A stretch of 63,774 nt of DNA, filler included, from Reticulomyxa filosa (taxonomy: Eukaryota; Protista; Foraminifera), in assembly GCA_000512085.1 (NCBI GenBank). It is 20 parts of 20 records of this genome, joined end to end, with 100 filler letters (N's around TTAATTAATTAA, not from the genome) between each part and the next. Parts side by side here need not be neighbours in the genome. Positions count along the whole stretch, not along the records: positions 1 to 7,806 come from ASPP01006213.1; positions 7,907 to 8,906 come from ASPP01046256.1; positions 9,007 to 19,473 come from ASPP01007751.1; 17 more parts are not named here. One strand, given 5' to 3'. Positions within the stretch are counted from its first letter, which is position 1. Each line of letters opens with the position of its first letter. The notes under the pieces are model-generated. The model saw nothing but the letters and a program-made list of their open reading frames with translations, made no database searches and was not told the origin of the DNA. Below, in pieces: positions 1 through 14,410 of this stretch. Both the position numbers and the translations under genes were made by a program.

Positions 1-77
1 ACGCAAATACAAATACATATACATATATATATATATAATTTTCTTTTTTTTTATAAAAAAAAAAAAAACAAACAAAC

Positions 78-1150
78 CAGTAATAAAACAAAGCCGAGGC
101 CAAGTGTAAATGTATTTTTGATCGGTGACAACTACAAATAAAGTTTTAATAAAAAGATTGATCATTGTCAGAATAATAAATGCTATCGATATCCAATTAA
201 TTTCATTGTACGTAATCATCGCCACCATTTGCAATATTGCCTGAGGAAGCACTACAGTTCGCACATGCACATGTTGCCAGCAACAAACAAAACAAACAAA
301 CAAAATCAAGATAACTACCAAACTTGCGCATACTGCTTCAATTATAAAACCAACCTTTTTTTTTAAAAAAAACAAACAAACAAACAAAACCAAGAGATTG
401 ACATACATTTGTAATCATGCATCTTATATGTACACATACGTATACATATATGTATATATTTATATATGTGTACATACACGTCAGTTATACGTAAGAAAAA
501 AATAGTTTGTAAAATGTAATTCTCTCTCTTTTTGAACACATTGACTTACAATCTTTTTCCATTGCGCCTCTTTCGGGCTGTTTTTCGTTTTGTTTTGTTT
601 AATTGCATTTCTCTTATTTGGAATTGAAAGAAAAAGGAAACACAAATCAAAAACAAAACTGGGTTTTGATACACAAATCATATTCAGATTCTTCGAGTGA
701 GACGCACTTAGATGGATGGGGTATATATTCCACCCACGCTCTTTCTTCATTATATAACACAAATGGCAGTGTCCAAGAAACTGGAAGTAGGATTATGAAC
801 CACACTACTTTTTTCGACCACCTCTTCCCTTTCCAATATTTCACTACAAATGTCGTGCAATGCACCAATTGCACTAACAATAGCACCAACAAGCTCAGAT
901 AATACAATATAATTCTTCCTTTTTTATAAAAGTCAATAGTCAGGTATACATACGTTATCATGCTCGTTATACTTATTACTATATTTGCAACATCGTACAG
1001 AAAATCTCCCCATTTCTGTTCTGGCAGGCGTATCAGCGTACATTCTTTTTTTTTTTATTTCATTCACCTTTTTAAAAAAATTGGGAAAGAATTCTAAAAG
1101 AAGGCATTATTTTTGGTTTTTACCTAGCGCAGGATAGTATTGTCTCATGA
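78..1150 (-). CDS. Multi-exon polytopic membrane protein, runs off the window start; weak XK-related resemblance
   Basis: Hydrophobic exons: LPEQKWGDFLYDVANIVISITSMIT; YYLSLLVLLLVQLVHC...VVWFIILLPVSWTLPF; VLPQAILQMVAMITYNEINWISIAFIILTMINLFIK. Boundaries approximate. Confidence 0.5.
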
Positions 1151-2018
1151 TTCCAGTTGATATGAAATGTTCCCCTTTTTTTTGCCATAGGTACTTTTTA
1201 TGGTTACAAAAAAGTGGCACAAACGTTTGAAAGCTTTGCACTTATTTTTGGTCATTGTAAAGTGAGAAAATAACAATTTTGTGTTTCTCAAAGTTATTAT
1301 TATTGATTACAAAAAAAGCAAAAAAATTTTTACCAATATTTTTTTTGATCGCCACTTTACAACTTGCAAGTGAATACCAAAATATTGTGATCTGAGCCAT
1401 TTTTCAATAAGAAACAAAATAGTTAAATCTAGATACTACGAACAACGACAAAAAAGAAAAACAGTGAAAAATGTAAGTATAAGTTTTAGATAAAAGAGTT
1501 TCCATTGTTCCACTTACCACAACATCTGATATAGTGAATGTATGCATCTTGTCTGTGGCACTGCTTGAGTTAATCTTTAATTTGTTCTTCTTATGTGCTA
1601 GCCCCAAAGTTTCAATTTTATGTGAAACGTTTAATTGTAATATGTCCAACAGTTCCAATGATATTAGCTCTTGTTACTTTTGTATTAGTTACTTTCACAT
1701 TAGAATTAATCGCCACCACTTTTTTTGAGTGTGTATTGCATTAAATTTTTTAAAGAAAACAATATTTCAATAATAAATTAAAAATTATAATTTTTTTTGT
1801 CATTGTATTTTCAGTTTTAATGTCCCTTTTGCAATTTTAATTTTGTTTGTATTTGTCTAAATAATTTACACAAGTCACGTGCTTTTGTTAAAATTCAGCA
1901 TAAATGGCAGATTGAAAGAAAAATGAAAATTATAACTGATTTTTCTTGTATGTTGAGATACAAGTTATGAAAATATTTTGAAATTTGAAAAACAAATATG
2001 TTTCGTTTGGTAGTGTTG

Positions 2019-3192
2019 TTATCCCCAAATTCGAACTGTTTGATCAAAAGAACACGATACAATACTTCCGCTATCTGACGAAATATCAATTGCTTTCACC
2101 AAAGAGGTATGTCCCGTTAACTTTTGTATTTTCCGTCCCGTTTTCACATCCCATAAGCAAATTGTTTTATCTTCGGAACAAGACACAATAGTTTGACCAT
2201 CTGGGAAATATTTCACATCTTTCACATATTTTTCATGTCCTTCCAAAATTTTTACCACTTCTCCAGTATTTACATCCCATATCCGGATTATATATTCCTC
2301 CGAACAGGAAGCAACAAATTTTCCATCTGGAGAAAATTTTGCACATTTTACACAGCAAGGATGTTTTAATTTTTTTAATCTTTTGCCCGATTGCACGTCC
2401 CATATACCAACTGTTGTATCATACGATGCTGACACAAGCTTTCGACCATCTGATGAAAATTGTACATCCCATATACCCCCTAAATGACCATTCAGTCTTT
2501 GAACCTCTTTTCCAGAGCCCACGTCCCATAGCCGTATTGTTTTGTCAGATGAACCTGACACAAGATATTTACCATCTGGAGAAAAGTTTACAGCCAATAC
2601 TAAGTTTAAATGTCCTTTTAATTTCATTATCTCTTGTCCTGATTTTACATCCCATAATCGAATTGTTTTGTCTGCTGAACAAGAAACAATTGTGTATTCA
2701 TCGGGTGAAAAAGCTGCACTATAGACCCAGCTAGAATGCCCTCGAAAAACTTGAATCTGCTTTCCTGATACAGAATCCCACAGTCGAACTGTTTCGTCAT
2801 ACGATGGACAAACAATCTTTCTTCCATTTTTTGAAAACGCTACGCCTTTCAGCTTTTCTTTTTTGGTTTCTAAAATTTTTAAAAACTGAAAATATTTAAT
2901 CTATATATTGATTATTAGTGAAAGATACACAAGGTCCATTTGATTCATACAAAATAAATAATAGAAACAAACATATTTAAAAACAATTTTATCAAAATCA
3001 GCAATCCATCCAAGTTTAACGTTCAAAATCCGATTCCAATTTTCAATTATTATTGCTGTGTCTTTTATTGACTGTCTTTATTGATTTGCACAATGAAACG
3101 CGTTTTGTTAGAGGGCAAATTTGTTACAAAATAAAACAGAAATTTACCAAATGTTGCTTTTTCTCCTCTTCTTTGTCGCTGACATTACGCAT
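2019..3192 (-). CDS. WD40-repeat protein, 3 exons (short leader, 99-nt LGWI module, about 7 WD repeats)
   Basis: Exon 1 MRNVSDKEEEKKQHL then GT; exon 2973-3071; final exon about 2019-2900 is open, with repeated GH...FSPDG...S.D.TIRLWD. Confidence 0.9.
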
Positions 3193-3569
3193 TCTTCAAA
3201 ACGAATACACAACGGCAAGTCAATCCTGAACTCAAAAACAATCTTGGATTTTTGTACCCCTTTTTTGACTCCCCTTGAACGTTTTTGTTTTAAGTTTTTC
3301 ACGAACAAGTTTTAAAAACTTCTCTTTGTTTATAAACTACATATCTGATACTAACAGCGTTATATCGTCTCTACAACATAAATCCTCTAGTGTTGTAAAG
3401 TCGTTGCGATACTTTATTCCTCTTTACAATAATCTTATTAAAAGAAGGAAATTTATCTGTTTAACAGTGCCATAGCAAAGGAGCTATTTTTTATTTTGAT
3501 GTATGTATAATGTATGATTTTTTGCATTATTGAGCATTGGAATTTTCACTTTGAAATACGTACTAAGAA

Positions 3570-5715
3570 ATGCCAATCGATTTGCAATTGCTTCGAAAAG
3601 ATCAAGGTGGTAATCCAGATTTAGTGGAAGAGTCACAAAGGCGTCGCTTCAAGGATGTGCAAATAATCTCTGCAATACAAGAATTGGACCGTGATTGTCG
3701 CCAACAAGTAAAGCAAGTGGACAATATAAACAAAGAGATGAGACTCTTGAGCAAGGCTGTCGGTGAGATTATGAAAAAGGTAAGTGAACTGCCGTTGTTT
3801 GCATGTAGACAAAGAGGTCTCCAAGAATCCTTTGTCTGAAATTTCCAGAATTTTTGTGTGAACTGTGAGTTACGAAGGGGGGGGGAAAAAATATTCCAAA
3901 AAAAAAAAAAAAAAAAAGGAAAAAACAGAAAAACGATCCTTATCAGCAAAAGAATTGGAAGAAGTGGAAAAACTGAAACAAAAAAAGTTGGAACTGGAAG
4001 AGGGACAAAAAAAATTGGAAAAAGAATTGGAAGAGAACATATCCAAGCGCAACAAGTTACTGCAGCAAATTGGGAACATTGTTCATGACTCCGTTCCCGT
4101 TAGCAGAGATGAGAAAGACAACAAATTGATTCGCCAATGGGGAGCCAAACCGATGAAGACCGGGAAAGAAAGACATCATCACGAGCTCTTGTGGATGTGC
4201 GTTTTGCTTATACAAGAGAGAGGAAGAAAAGGAATGAAAGAATAAACTCTCTTTTATATACACATATACATATATGTATATATATATATACATATATATA
4301 TATACATATATATATATATGTATATGTATGTATATAAAAGGATCGGAGGTTATGAACCAGATCGTGGTGCGACAATAGCAGGGCATCGAGGATATTTTTT
4401 AACAGGCCCAGGAGTCTTTCTCAATCTGGCATTGCAAAACTATGGCCTGGCATATTTGTCTAAAAAGGGATACCAACGTACGTACAACTTTTTATTATTA
4501 TTATTATTTGTTATGATAAAACAAAGAAAGAGCATTTATTGCATACATATTACGAAAGTCAATATATCAATGCAATAACAATAATAATACTAATAATAAT
4601 AAAAATAATAAAATAATGAATAGCGGTGTATCCACCATTTTTGATGAATAAAGACATAATGGCGAAAACAGCGCAATTGGAAGATTTTGACGAGGCGTTG
4701 TATCACGTGGAAGGCGAGCATAGCGAGGACTCTAAGTACTTGATTGCCACGTCTGAGCAGCCCATATCGGCGATGCACTTCAAACAATGGCTGAAAGAAG
4801 ACGAACTGCCTTTGAAATACGCCGGCATTTCCACGTGCTTTCGCAAAGAGGCTGGCGCCCATGGCAAAGATGCATGGGGCATTTTTCGGGTCCACCAATT
4901 TGAAAAAATTGAACAATTTGTTTTTTGCTCTCCCAAAGACTCGTGGCAACAGTTCTTTCCTTCTTTCTCTTCCTCCCTCCACTTTTTTTTTTTTTTTTTA
5001 ATATGCATGGTGCACTATACTATACTATATATACGTACATCTAAACAAGCCATGAAGAGATGCTGACGGCAGCAGAGGAGTTTTATCAGTCGTTGAATAT
5101 CCCTTATCAAGTAGTGAGCATTGTCTCTGGGGAATTAAATAACGCAGCTGCGAAGAAATATGATTTGGAAGGATGGTTCCCTACACTGTCCACTTATCGC
5201 GAATTGGTTTCTTGTTCCAATTGCACTGATTTTCAAGCTCGCGCCATGGAAACCAGATTTGGATTCCCCAAGACAAATGAGCACGAAAAACATTATATAC
5301 ATATGCTCAATGCCAGTTCGTTCACATTACACATTTCTCTTCTTCAATAAAATTTCCATTCGTTTACTTGTTTGATGCACTCAATTCTGAAAATATAGCA
5401 CTTGTCGCTACTACTAGAACCTTGTGTTGCATTTTGGAAAATTATCAAACTACTGATGGCGTCAAAATACCCGATCCTTTGGTTATGTATTCTTATATAT
5501 TTTTTCTTTTTTGCTATTGCTGCTTATTTATATTTGTTTTGCTTTTGTGATATGAATCAAATAATTCACAATGTGATTAGCAACCTTACATGAATGGTGT
5601 CAAATTTTTGCCGTTTACTCGACCCCCACCAGATGACAAAGATAAAGACAAAAAGGTAACATACAGCTCCACTTTTTGTTTCCTCCCCGTAAAACAGAGA
5701 GGAGTACAAAACTGA
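3570..5715 (+). CDS. SARS: Cytosolic seryl-tRNA synthetase, about 8 exons
   Basis: [103 protein letters not shown]. The internal junctions checked join in phase; last exon uncertain. Confidence 0.96.
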
Positions 5716-6426
5716 GCTTGCTTATTGTTTTTTCTGCACACACTATAAAAAAAAGAAAACCGAGGAACGTAGTCAAAATGTTAGACCTGTTCAAACACAA
5801 ACTACAAAGCCAAAATATTTTGAATTTAGTGCTTTGCAACGGCACTACAACCTTGCCAATCATTTTTACAAATATTTTTGGAGAAGTGGTTTTAGGCGAT
5901 GTTTAGTTTAGGCGAGAAACGTCACAATAGCTCTTTAATCTCTATTACCACAAGTGACAACTTCATCAATAATTACTACTTTTCCCTCCAATATCAAAAA
6001 GTAGCACAGAAACCTACACTTTGAGTTATTCAATATTGCGATTAAAATATCGAAATGCGGTCAATCACATCGATTTGAATAATGGGCATCATTTTTGTAA
6101 AAAAATTTTCGGAAAAATTGCGAGACATTGCCAGAACATTGTGATTAGTTTCAATCTTTTAAACAATTTAAGTTAAAAACAAATTTCCTCTTTAGAACGT
6201 AACCCCCACAACAATCCAATTTTTAATGGTTCACGTCATTGTCAAAAAAAACAATTTTCATCACTATCAAATTTCAAAATTTTGCTCCTCGTAAATCACA
6301 AGTACAAAAAACCTTTTCGGTTATAAATTATTTCGCTTCACCGCAAAAACGCCTTTTCATCAACACAAACATTACTTTTTATTAAATAAAAAAAACAAAT
6401 ACACAAACAAATAAAAAAATCAGACG

Positions 6427-7051
6427 ATGCATTCATCCTCAAAGTTCACTCGGACGAACGTGACAAATAATTCATCATACAAAAACTCAAGTTTTTTAAG
6501 TCAAGTACCTTTGCAAGGCGCTCTTGCTTCGAAATTATTTTCACCAGAAAGGCAAATTGCTCGCAGTGCAAAAACAATTGCATAATATTTGTTTTGCATT
6601 TAAAAAAACAAAAGAAAACAAAGAAACAAGTTTAAACCAAAAAAGCTCAGTTGACGACCTTGTAAAAAGGGTACAAGCCTTTAACCAAAAAATGTTTTAA
6701 GTCTTTTTTTGCAAAAATTTGACTTAAATAACTGATACCTGTTTATTTATCGTTTTATCATATTTTTTACGGCAGTACTTGCTGTAATGATGCCACGTAG
6801 CAAAGATGTTTTCATAAAAGCACTTTTAAAAACCGTTGCGTTCTTTATTCATTTGCATCATTTATTTCATATTTTGTGTTATTACGCTTGTGAAATTATG
6901 TTTTTCGAATTTTTTTCAAATTGTTATTAAGGAGATAGAAACGCTGCGATCGCAATTGGACGAAAGCAAGCGCGAGCTGATTAAGCTACGAACACAAATG
7001 AATTGGGTGAAGCTGAAGCACTCCATCAAAACGCAGCTAATGTCATTGTAA
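6427..7051 (+). CDS. Small multi-exon hypothetical coiled-coil protein
   Basis: Terminal exon EIETLRSQLDESKRELIKLRTQMNWVKLKHSIKTQLMSL*; upstream exons uncertain. Confidence 0.3.
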
Positions 7052-7806
7052 ATTGACATTCGATATTTCGACTAAAAATGTATTTGGATCTCAGTGATTT
7101 GTGCATATTATGAAACAATTTTTGTAATATCAATGACAAATTTTAGAGAAATTTTCTAGTGGATTGTATTGTACGTTTGACATTCTAGTATTATCCCCAT
7201 ATTCCGATTATTTTGTCATAAGGAGTTGGCACAATTGTATTAACATTTTGTAAAACTATTCTTATAATATATAGTAATGCAATCCAAATTTTATATTACA
7301 GACACTAATTTCATATCTTAAATCGACTTGTTTTGTGTAGTGAGCAAGACACAATGTTATGCTCATTTAGTAAAAATTTTACAGAATTTATTATCCAGAT
7401 ACGCTTTGAAATTGTTATTTTTCATCGGAATCTATATAAGTCTTTTTAAAACAAAGATAAATGGTTTGAAATTGGCTGTTTGATCAACATTTTACTTTTG
7501 ATTTTTTTTTTGTTTCTAACCTTTCAGGATTGAGAGCTGAAAGTTATTTCAAAAGGGAACAGTTATACAAAGAAAACTTTCACTTTAAAAGAGGCATAGT
7601 TGCGTTAATTTAAAGAGCAATCAAAAAGGAAATGAATGTTGCACGAAAAGTTTTTAAGTCAATTAAGATCACATTCTGACTTATCTATATGTTAATGTTT
7701 CTCTACACAATGAAGTTGTGATTACTTTGTTGCCAACTAAAGAGTCATAATTCTTTGAAGTATTTTTTGTAAAAAAAAAGGATAAATATGTCGACAACAC
7801 GAATGA

Positions 7807-7906
7807 NNNNNNNNNNNNNNNNNNNNNNNNNNNNNNNNNNNNNNNNNNNNTTAATTAATTAANNNNNNNNNNNNNNNNNNNNNNNNNNNNNNNNNNNNNN
7901 NNNNNN
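7807..7906. other. Artificial contig linker N44-TTAATTAATTAA-N44, first of 19 (others start at 8907, 19474, 21214, 22314, 23942, 25769, 35872, 37328, 40886, 42333, 48017, 49230, 50530, 51872, 53302, 54844, 56303, 62675)
   Basis: Identical 100-nt block; the 12-mer places stop codons in all six frames; genes are truncated at these points. Confidence 0.98.
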
Positions 7907-7929
7907 AAAAAATAGATAGAACAAACCAT

Positions 7930-8906
7930 TATTTCTCCTTTCGGAGACGGGGTGGTTTCTACACTACACTTCATCCAACCATTTGCGCAATCGATATTCC
8001 ATACTTGCTCAATCTATACAAGTAACAATCAAAAACATATTCTTATGTTATTGTCACAACAAAAAATAACAAAATAACTTGGCAATACCACACTGGCTAC
8101 TTTTTGATGTGAAATCCGCTCTGTTTGTTCAGAGTGCTCAATAAATTCCACATAAATGATCTTTGCTGTTGTCATTAGAATAGGAGCAGATCGGTTTGTT
8201 GACTAAGCGAGTGTGGCATACGACACGTATTGGATAGACCATGCCTTGATGAAAGTAGTTCTGCCGCACAAAAAAGAATTTACATCACCACTGACTTGCA
8301 ATTTAATTGCTAGTCAGTTGTGTATTGCTTATATCCTCCTTTGCACAAACAGCACTTCTTCCACCTTAAAGGCAGGTGCTGATCCATGCTAACGACTGAC
8401 CTCCATTAAAATTTGCACAATCAATTACCATTTGTCAAAGTCGTCATTGTCATCCATTTTATCCATGTCGTCTATATTTCATTTTTTGCGCCACATCGTA
8501 AGATATATTCAAATTTTTTTTGTTTGTTGTTTTTTTAAAAAAAGTATTAAAAAAAATGAACCTAACATTGGAGTATCGGATAGCATTTCAAAAATATTGC
8601 TCGCTGATAGGACTGTGACTTAACGAATATCGGATTGTTGTACTTGACGAAGTTGCAAGTGTTGGTGGCAATATCTTGGACGTGGGCCTTGGAATCGCAA
8701 TTTTTTTTAATCATGGCACGATACATTGGAAATACAGAATTGCTGGTGCTGTATATATTACTGCTAGCTACATTTTGCGTTCGTGCCAACGTGGTAATGT
8801 AGCAATTGGTCACAAATAATTTATCAAATGCTCTATCCACTACTGTTTGTCCAAATAATTTGTACGTTCCATTCAACAGTTGCGTGTTTGTCATCACAGT
8901 TACAAT
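7930..8906 (-). pseudogene. Degenerate coding-like fragment, family unknown
   Basis: 111-aa ORF 8562-8897, then coding-like sequence broken by several stops. Confidence 0.3.
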
Positions 8907-9139
8907 NNNNNNNNNNNNNNNNNNNNNNNNNNNNNNNNNNNNNNNNNNNNTTAATTAATTAANNNNNNNNNNNNNNNNNNNNNNNNNNNNNNNNNNNNNN
9001 NNNNNNTTTTTTTTTTTTTTTTTTTTTTTTGCTTCGTGTGCAAAAATGTGTTTCTCTAGAGAAATTTTGCAACCAATCTCGCAACATTTTTTTTTTTTTT
9101 TTTGGGGTGGCGGGACAAAATAACTTCAAATGATGAAAG

Positions 9140-10333
9140 AGAGGTCATGGCAAGGGAAAACAAATGCCAGTGCATTATGGATGCAAAGACTTGAACATGG
9201 TCACCATTTCTTCACCTTTATCGACACAAATGCCACAAGTGAAGTTTCAATTGAATACATATAATATATATTTATAATATTTATAAATTACGTAACATAT
9301 AATACATATACATATACATATACATATATGTATGCTACATAATTTATACATGTTTTATATTTTGCACAAAAGAGAAGTGAATATATAATTTTTTTTTTTT
9401 TTTAAATGGAATAGGCAGCAGGAACAGGGTATGCTCTGAAACGCAGCAAAAAAAAAGCAGTTTGCGTGTGTTACTTTGGCGATGGTGCGGCTAGTGAAGG
9501 AGATGCCCATGCTGCGTTCAATTTCAGTGCCACCACTGAATCGCCGGTGATCTGGTTTTGTAGAAATAACGGCTTTGCGATTAGTACTCCAACTCAGGAT
9601 CAATATCGAGGGGACGGAATTGTCGCAAGAGCCAGCGGATATGGTATGCTTGGAATTCGAGTTGACGGCAATGATGTTTTTGCAGTTTATGAAGTTTCCA
9701 AATCAGCTCGAAAAATGGCAATTGAACAGGTATTATGCATTCAATGAACTTTTTTTTGGGTCCCTTTTTTGGACAAAACTTTATTTTTTTTTTTCTTCCT
9801 CCGAGTACAAGTAAAAAAAAATAATAAATTACTACACACACCAAAAAAAAGAGTCGGCCAGTATTGATTGAAGCAATGACTTACAGAGGCAGTCATCATA
9901 GCACAAGTGATGATGCCAGTAGATATCGTGAGAAAGCTCAACAAGACTGGTGGAATGATATCGGCAATCCTATCAAACGCCTCCGAAACTTTTTGACGCT
10001 TAATGGCTTGTGGGATGAACAAAAAGAAAAAGACTTACACGCTCGTTTGAAAGCAGAAATTGATGCGACAGCCAAAAAAGGAGAAAGCTGCCCAAAAGCT
10101 CATTGGAAATATTTATTTGAAGATGTTTATGATACATTGCCACCCAACCTCATTAAGTATGTCTACTACTTTTCTTTTTTCTCTATAGCTTTTTTGTGCA
10201 TGTTGAAGCAATTAAAATAATCGATAAATATATGTCTTCTTCGTTCAGGCAAAGAGATGAACTGGAGAAGCATTTGGAAAAATTTGGAAATGAGCCATAT
10301 TATAAATTACATGACCACTCAGACAAGATGTGA
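9140..10333 (+). CDS. BCKDHA: Branched-chain alpha-keto acid dehydrogenase E1 alpha, 5'-truncated by contig edge
   Basis: [42 protein letters not shown] (TPP motif), [26 protein letters not shown]. Confidence 0.95.
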
Positions 10334-10764
10334 ATCCAAGAAAATTTGTAAAATTTTTTTTTTGAATTTAAAACACTTTCAGTAGGATGTAAAAAGCAGT
10401 TATGGCAGTTTCACAATTGAGCATTTTTTGTTCTTTTTTTTTTTGCTTCGCCTCTTCAATAAACATAAATAATCAATAGCAAAAAAAGTGACAAATATAT
10501 CCAAAATTCATTGTCAAAAAATAAAGTTTAGTTTTTTGAGTGGATCGAAAAAAGTAGTCATTTTTCACCGTTTTATTCGTGTCATCAGTTCAATTTAAAT
10601 ATAATTTAGTAAAAATTTATTAGAATCATATAGTGATTCATACAAATCGCAACCGGTTTTTTTGTAAAGGATTGCACACGACACCGAGTTGTTGCCCTGG
10701 GGGGAAGAAAAAAAACTTATTTAGTTATTTTTTTTGGTACATCAGTGATATCCAGCGCAGAACA

Positions 10765-11491
10765 ATGCCACGAACTGTGTTTGCAAGAGCCAAATTTAAA
10801 GGCAGACGTCCGCACGACAAAAAAGATCCTCGAGGAGTGACGAAAGTAATCAAAAACAGGTGGTATCCATTTCAAATCACTCGCGTTAAACGAGGCGTAA
10901 ACAACCCAACGAAATTAAGACATGGCTTGAAACCAGGAACAGTTGTCATTCTTTTGACTGGTCCTTATCGTGGACGACGTGTGGTGTTTTTGAAACAATT
11001 GAAACAATCAGGACTCTTGTTGGTGACAGGTACTTTTTTAAATCCTACATCTTTGATAAAACATTAACCTCAGAAAAATATTTTGCGCGATGACGCAACA
11101 ACGCACCACAAAAAAAAAACATACGTTGCGCCTAGGCCCTTTTTCTGTGAACGGTGTTCCATTGAGAAGAGTGTCTCAACGATTTGTAATAATTACTTCA
11201 ACAAAAGTGAGCCTTGGCAAAAGTCATCCTGAATTGGATGAAATTGAAGATTCGTATTTCAGATCAGAAAAAACTGAAAAACCAAAGAAATCCGGAAAGC
11301 AAGACGAAAAAGAAGAAAAAAAAGCGGAAACAGACAAAAAAGAAAAATTCCCTGAGTCTAAACAAAAAATACAGACTGTTGTTGATACCAAGTTATTAGC
11401 AGCAATCAGTAAAGTTAAATTCTTGAAAGAATATTTGGCTTCGTATTTCACTTTGAAGAGCGGCCAGCCACCACACCAGATTCACTTTTAA
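10765..11491 (+). CDS. RPL6: 60S ribosomal protein L6 (eL6), 2 exons
   Basis: KLRHGLKPGTVVILLTGPYRGRRVVFLKQL..GLLLVTG|PFSVNGVPLRRV.QRFVI.TSTKV...YL...F.L..GQPPH. Confidence 0.96.
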
Positions 11492-12357
11492 AGCAAAATG
11501 CGGGAGGTAAAGTGAGGTGAAAATAAAGCAAATACTTGAGGAAAAAATGCAAATACAACAAAGTGCAAAGATTGTAAATGTCTTTGTTTTTGTTTTGCTT
11601 TGATGTTATTTTCAATTAAATTTCACATTGTGGTTTTGTGGAAACGCAAAAAAAAAAATAAGGCAAGTTGTGATTAGCATTTCTTTTTTTTTTTTATGTG
11701 TTTGCCCAAACTGACCAAGTAATGTAACTTTACAAGATCTGAAGATTGCAACAACATCTTCATAAAATTCGAAAAAGCTAAATTTTTTAATGTTCTCTTT
11801 ATCGCACTTGTTGCAAAAAGTTGCGGCAAATGTCACGTGTGTATAACACAAATTTTTTAAAAAAATACGGCTTAAAGTTTCATTACTTTATAATAACTGC
11901 CTTTTGCGATAAAAGTCAATGTATGTAAAAATTGTCCAGTTTTTTCGAAGTTTACATGCACTAAATATGTGATCATATTTGAGATTTAAAATATAAAAAT
12001 AGGTCCAAATGTACTCGGCTTTCCGCCTTTTTAAGGCATACACTGCCAAAACTTAGTGCAATATATACGTCAACATAAAATAATAAAATAAGCACGCATT
12101 GAAACTCTTGCGCTGTAGTAAATCTGTCTCCAAGAGCAGCACTTGAAGATTGAAAGGTATACTTTAACACTATCTTTTTTTTAATAACCTGTTTGCCGCT
12201 TTGGATCTTAACAGGATACCAATTTTTCTTGAATTCATTCTGATTTTAAATTTTCTTGGTCTCAGTAAGATATATGCAGTGAAAATTTTAGAGTTTCCAC
12301 AAGAAACACAAACAGAATTTTTTCACTCCTTTTTCGTAAAAAAAAAATTTTTTTGAA

Positions 12358-13699
12358 ATGTTACAAAATAAATATCAAAATCAGCAACAACGACTAATAA
12401 ATGAATTGTATGCGTCATGTGTTGGTTGCGACATAGTTGGAGTAAAAAAGGTGTTACAAAGCTCTCAGTTTGTTAGGTCTCCTTCGGAATGGATTTTGAA
12501 GATAAGTAATTTCGAGTTATCAGAGATTTCAGCCAAACGAAATAAAGACAAGACGCCGAATGAACTTGCGCTAGAATATTTGCACCGTTTAACAAAAGGT
12601 AAAGAAAACGCACTCGTTGGTGATTTTCTGACGGCCACAATTTCGGGGTGTACCAAATGCAGCGATGTCGATCAACTTGCATTTCGTTCAAAACAACTGA
12701 GTTATCTAAAAAAGAGAGGAGGGGGAAGGGGAGAAAAAAAAAGGAGAACGAATAAATAACTATAAAGCAAACATACGTACGTATACATAACAACATACAT
12801 GTACTTTGTGTGTATACGTATGAAAAGGGAATATGAAAGGTATTATTGAACTATTGCAAACCTATTGTAATTGCGAGCTATCAAGAGAACATACAAACTA
12901 TTGTAGTATCGAAGAGATAATAACAGCATTTGAGCAAAGCGGAGGCGAATTGAACATAGTAGATTTGCGACTGAATCACTCATCAACAAAAAGTAAAGCC
13001 AACACATCGCTTGTGACCACCCTGTTATGTTTTGAAAATGATATTGAGAGATCAGTTTGTGGACTCCTTCGTTTTGGAGCCATCATTGATCCATTGCATC
13101 GGTTGGTGCATAACCACACCATTATCGACGACATGTTTCTCGATAAGTTTTTTCAAGTGTGGGATAATGGAGTCGTCGATGAATTTTTATTTGTTGATCG
13201 TTACGATGGCCAAAAAAGCAAACAAAATTTGTTCACAAAAAAAAAAAAAAAAAAAAAAAAAAGTGACGCAAAACTAGTTGCTCAATTTAATAGAAACAAA
13301 GGACTCCATTTTTTTGTGTGAAAAAAAAAAACAAAAGAAAATCCATGGCATTTGACACCGCAAGACATTGAAGACAATGTGTTGCAGGACTTCATGTTGC
13401 AAAGATCCAAAGAAGAATCAAAACCCAATAATCCGGCTCATTATAATAAGAACGCCAGGTTTTTCATTCAAAATATCTTGCAAGTCATGCAAGCGTTTCG
13501 CAATAAGATTGCTTGGACAGTAATGCTTGGGTCTCACACCAAAATGAAAGACCAATCCAGCATTCACTTCTTTATGAAACATTCCACTTTTGACTGGTTT
13601 TTATTAAGATATATCTTTGAACTGGCACAAATTATGCCACCGAAACTTATTCATCAGTGGAACAAAGATCGTCACACTACTAATTGTTTCAACAAATGA
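12358..13699 (+). CDS. Hypothetical protein, 3 exons; possible divergent ankyrin-like N-terminus
   Basis: Three long collinear ORFs separated by intron-like TA/A-rich gaps; ELYASCVGCDIVGVKKVLQ, DKTPNELA, IIELLQTY. Confidence 0.6.
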
Positions 13700-14410
13700 T
13701 TTTTACTATTTTTTTTATAATAATGCTCCGTGTTAAAAAGTATGTCTAAAAAAAAATGGATGCCAAAAACAATTCATTCGGCTTAAAAAAATTATCCAAA
13801 TATGGACTGACTGTATCATATAGTTTGTCTTTTTCTCACTAAGATATTTGATCAGGAAACGGCATCAACGGCATGTAAGTAAATATAGGATAATCAAGTT
13901 TATTGCAAACAATTATCAAAAATGTGGCAACACAAACAAAACTTTGTACTATGAATGCTGTACTGATGTACAATATGTTTGATATTGTGCTGCTTTTTTT
14001 ATACATTTTAATAGTAAGCAAAATTAAATATAAGAAAAGTGCTACATGTAAAACTAGTATAAAATCGCAATCAAAGATTCAAAAAAAGCATTAAAAGCAA
14101 AATTTAAATCAAATTCATTGGCTTGATCAATTCAGATTTGAATTTGATGTTACAAGCAAAAACATAGCTTATAACGTATCATAATCTGGCGTATATGATC
14201 AGTCCGGATCTGGAATAAGAAATTTGTAAGTACTAATAGTGATTTAATTGTAGTAACATAAGAAATATGCAAAAAATACTTCAAGTAATTACAAAATATA
14301 ATTTTAAAACAATAACTTTCTAACACAATAAAGTTGCAATTATTGACTAATGAATCTAACTAAAAGAAAATAATTTTGTTTAATGAGCCAAATATACAAA
14401 ATGAATAATC

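Noticed and set aside
4255-4337. (TA)n/(TATG)n tracts and the YIYI-type ORFs they create
   Set aside because: Ordinary intronic microsatellites, seen in many introns of this window
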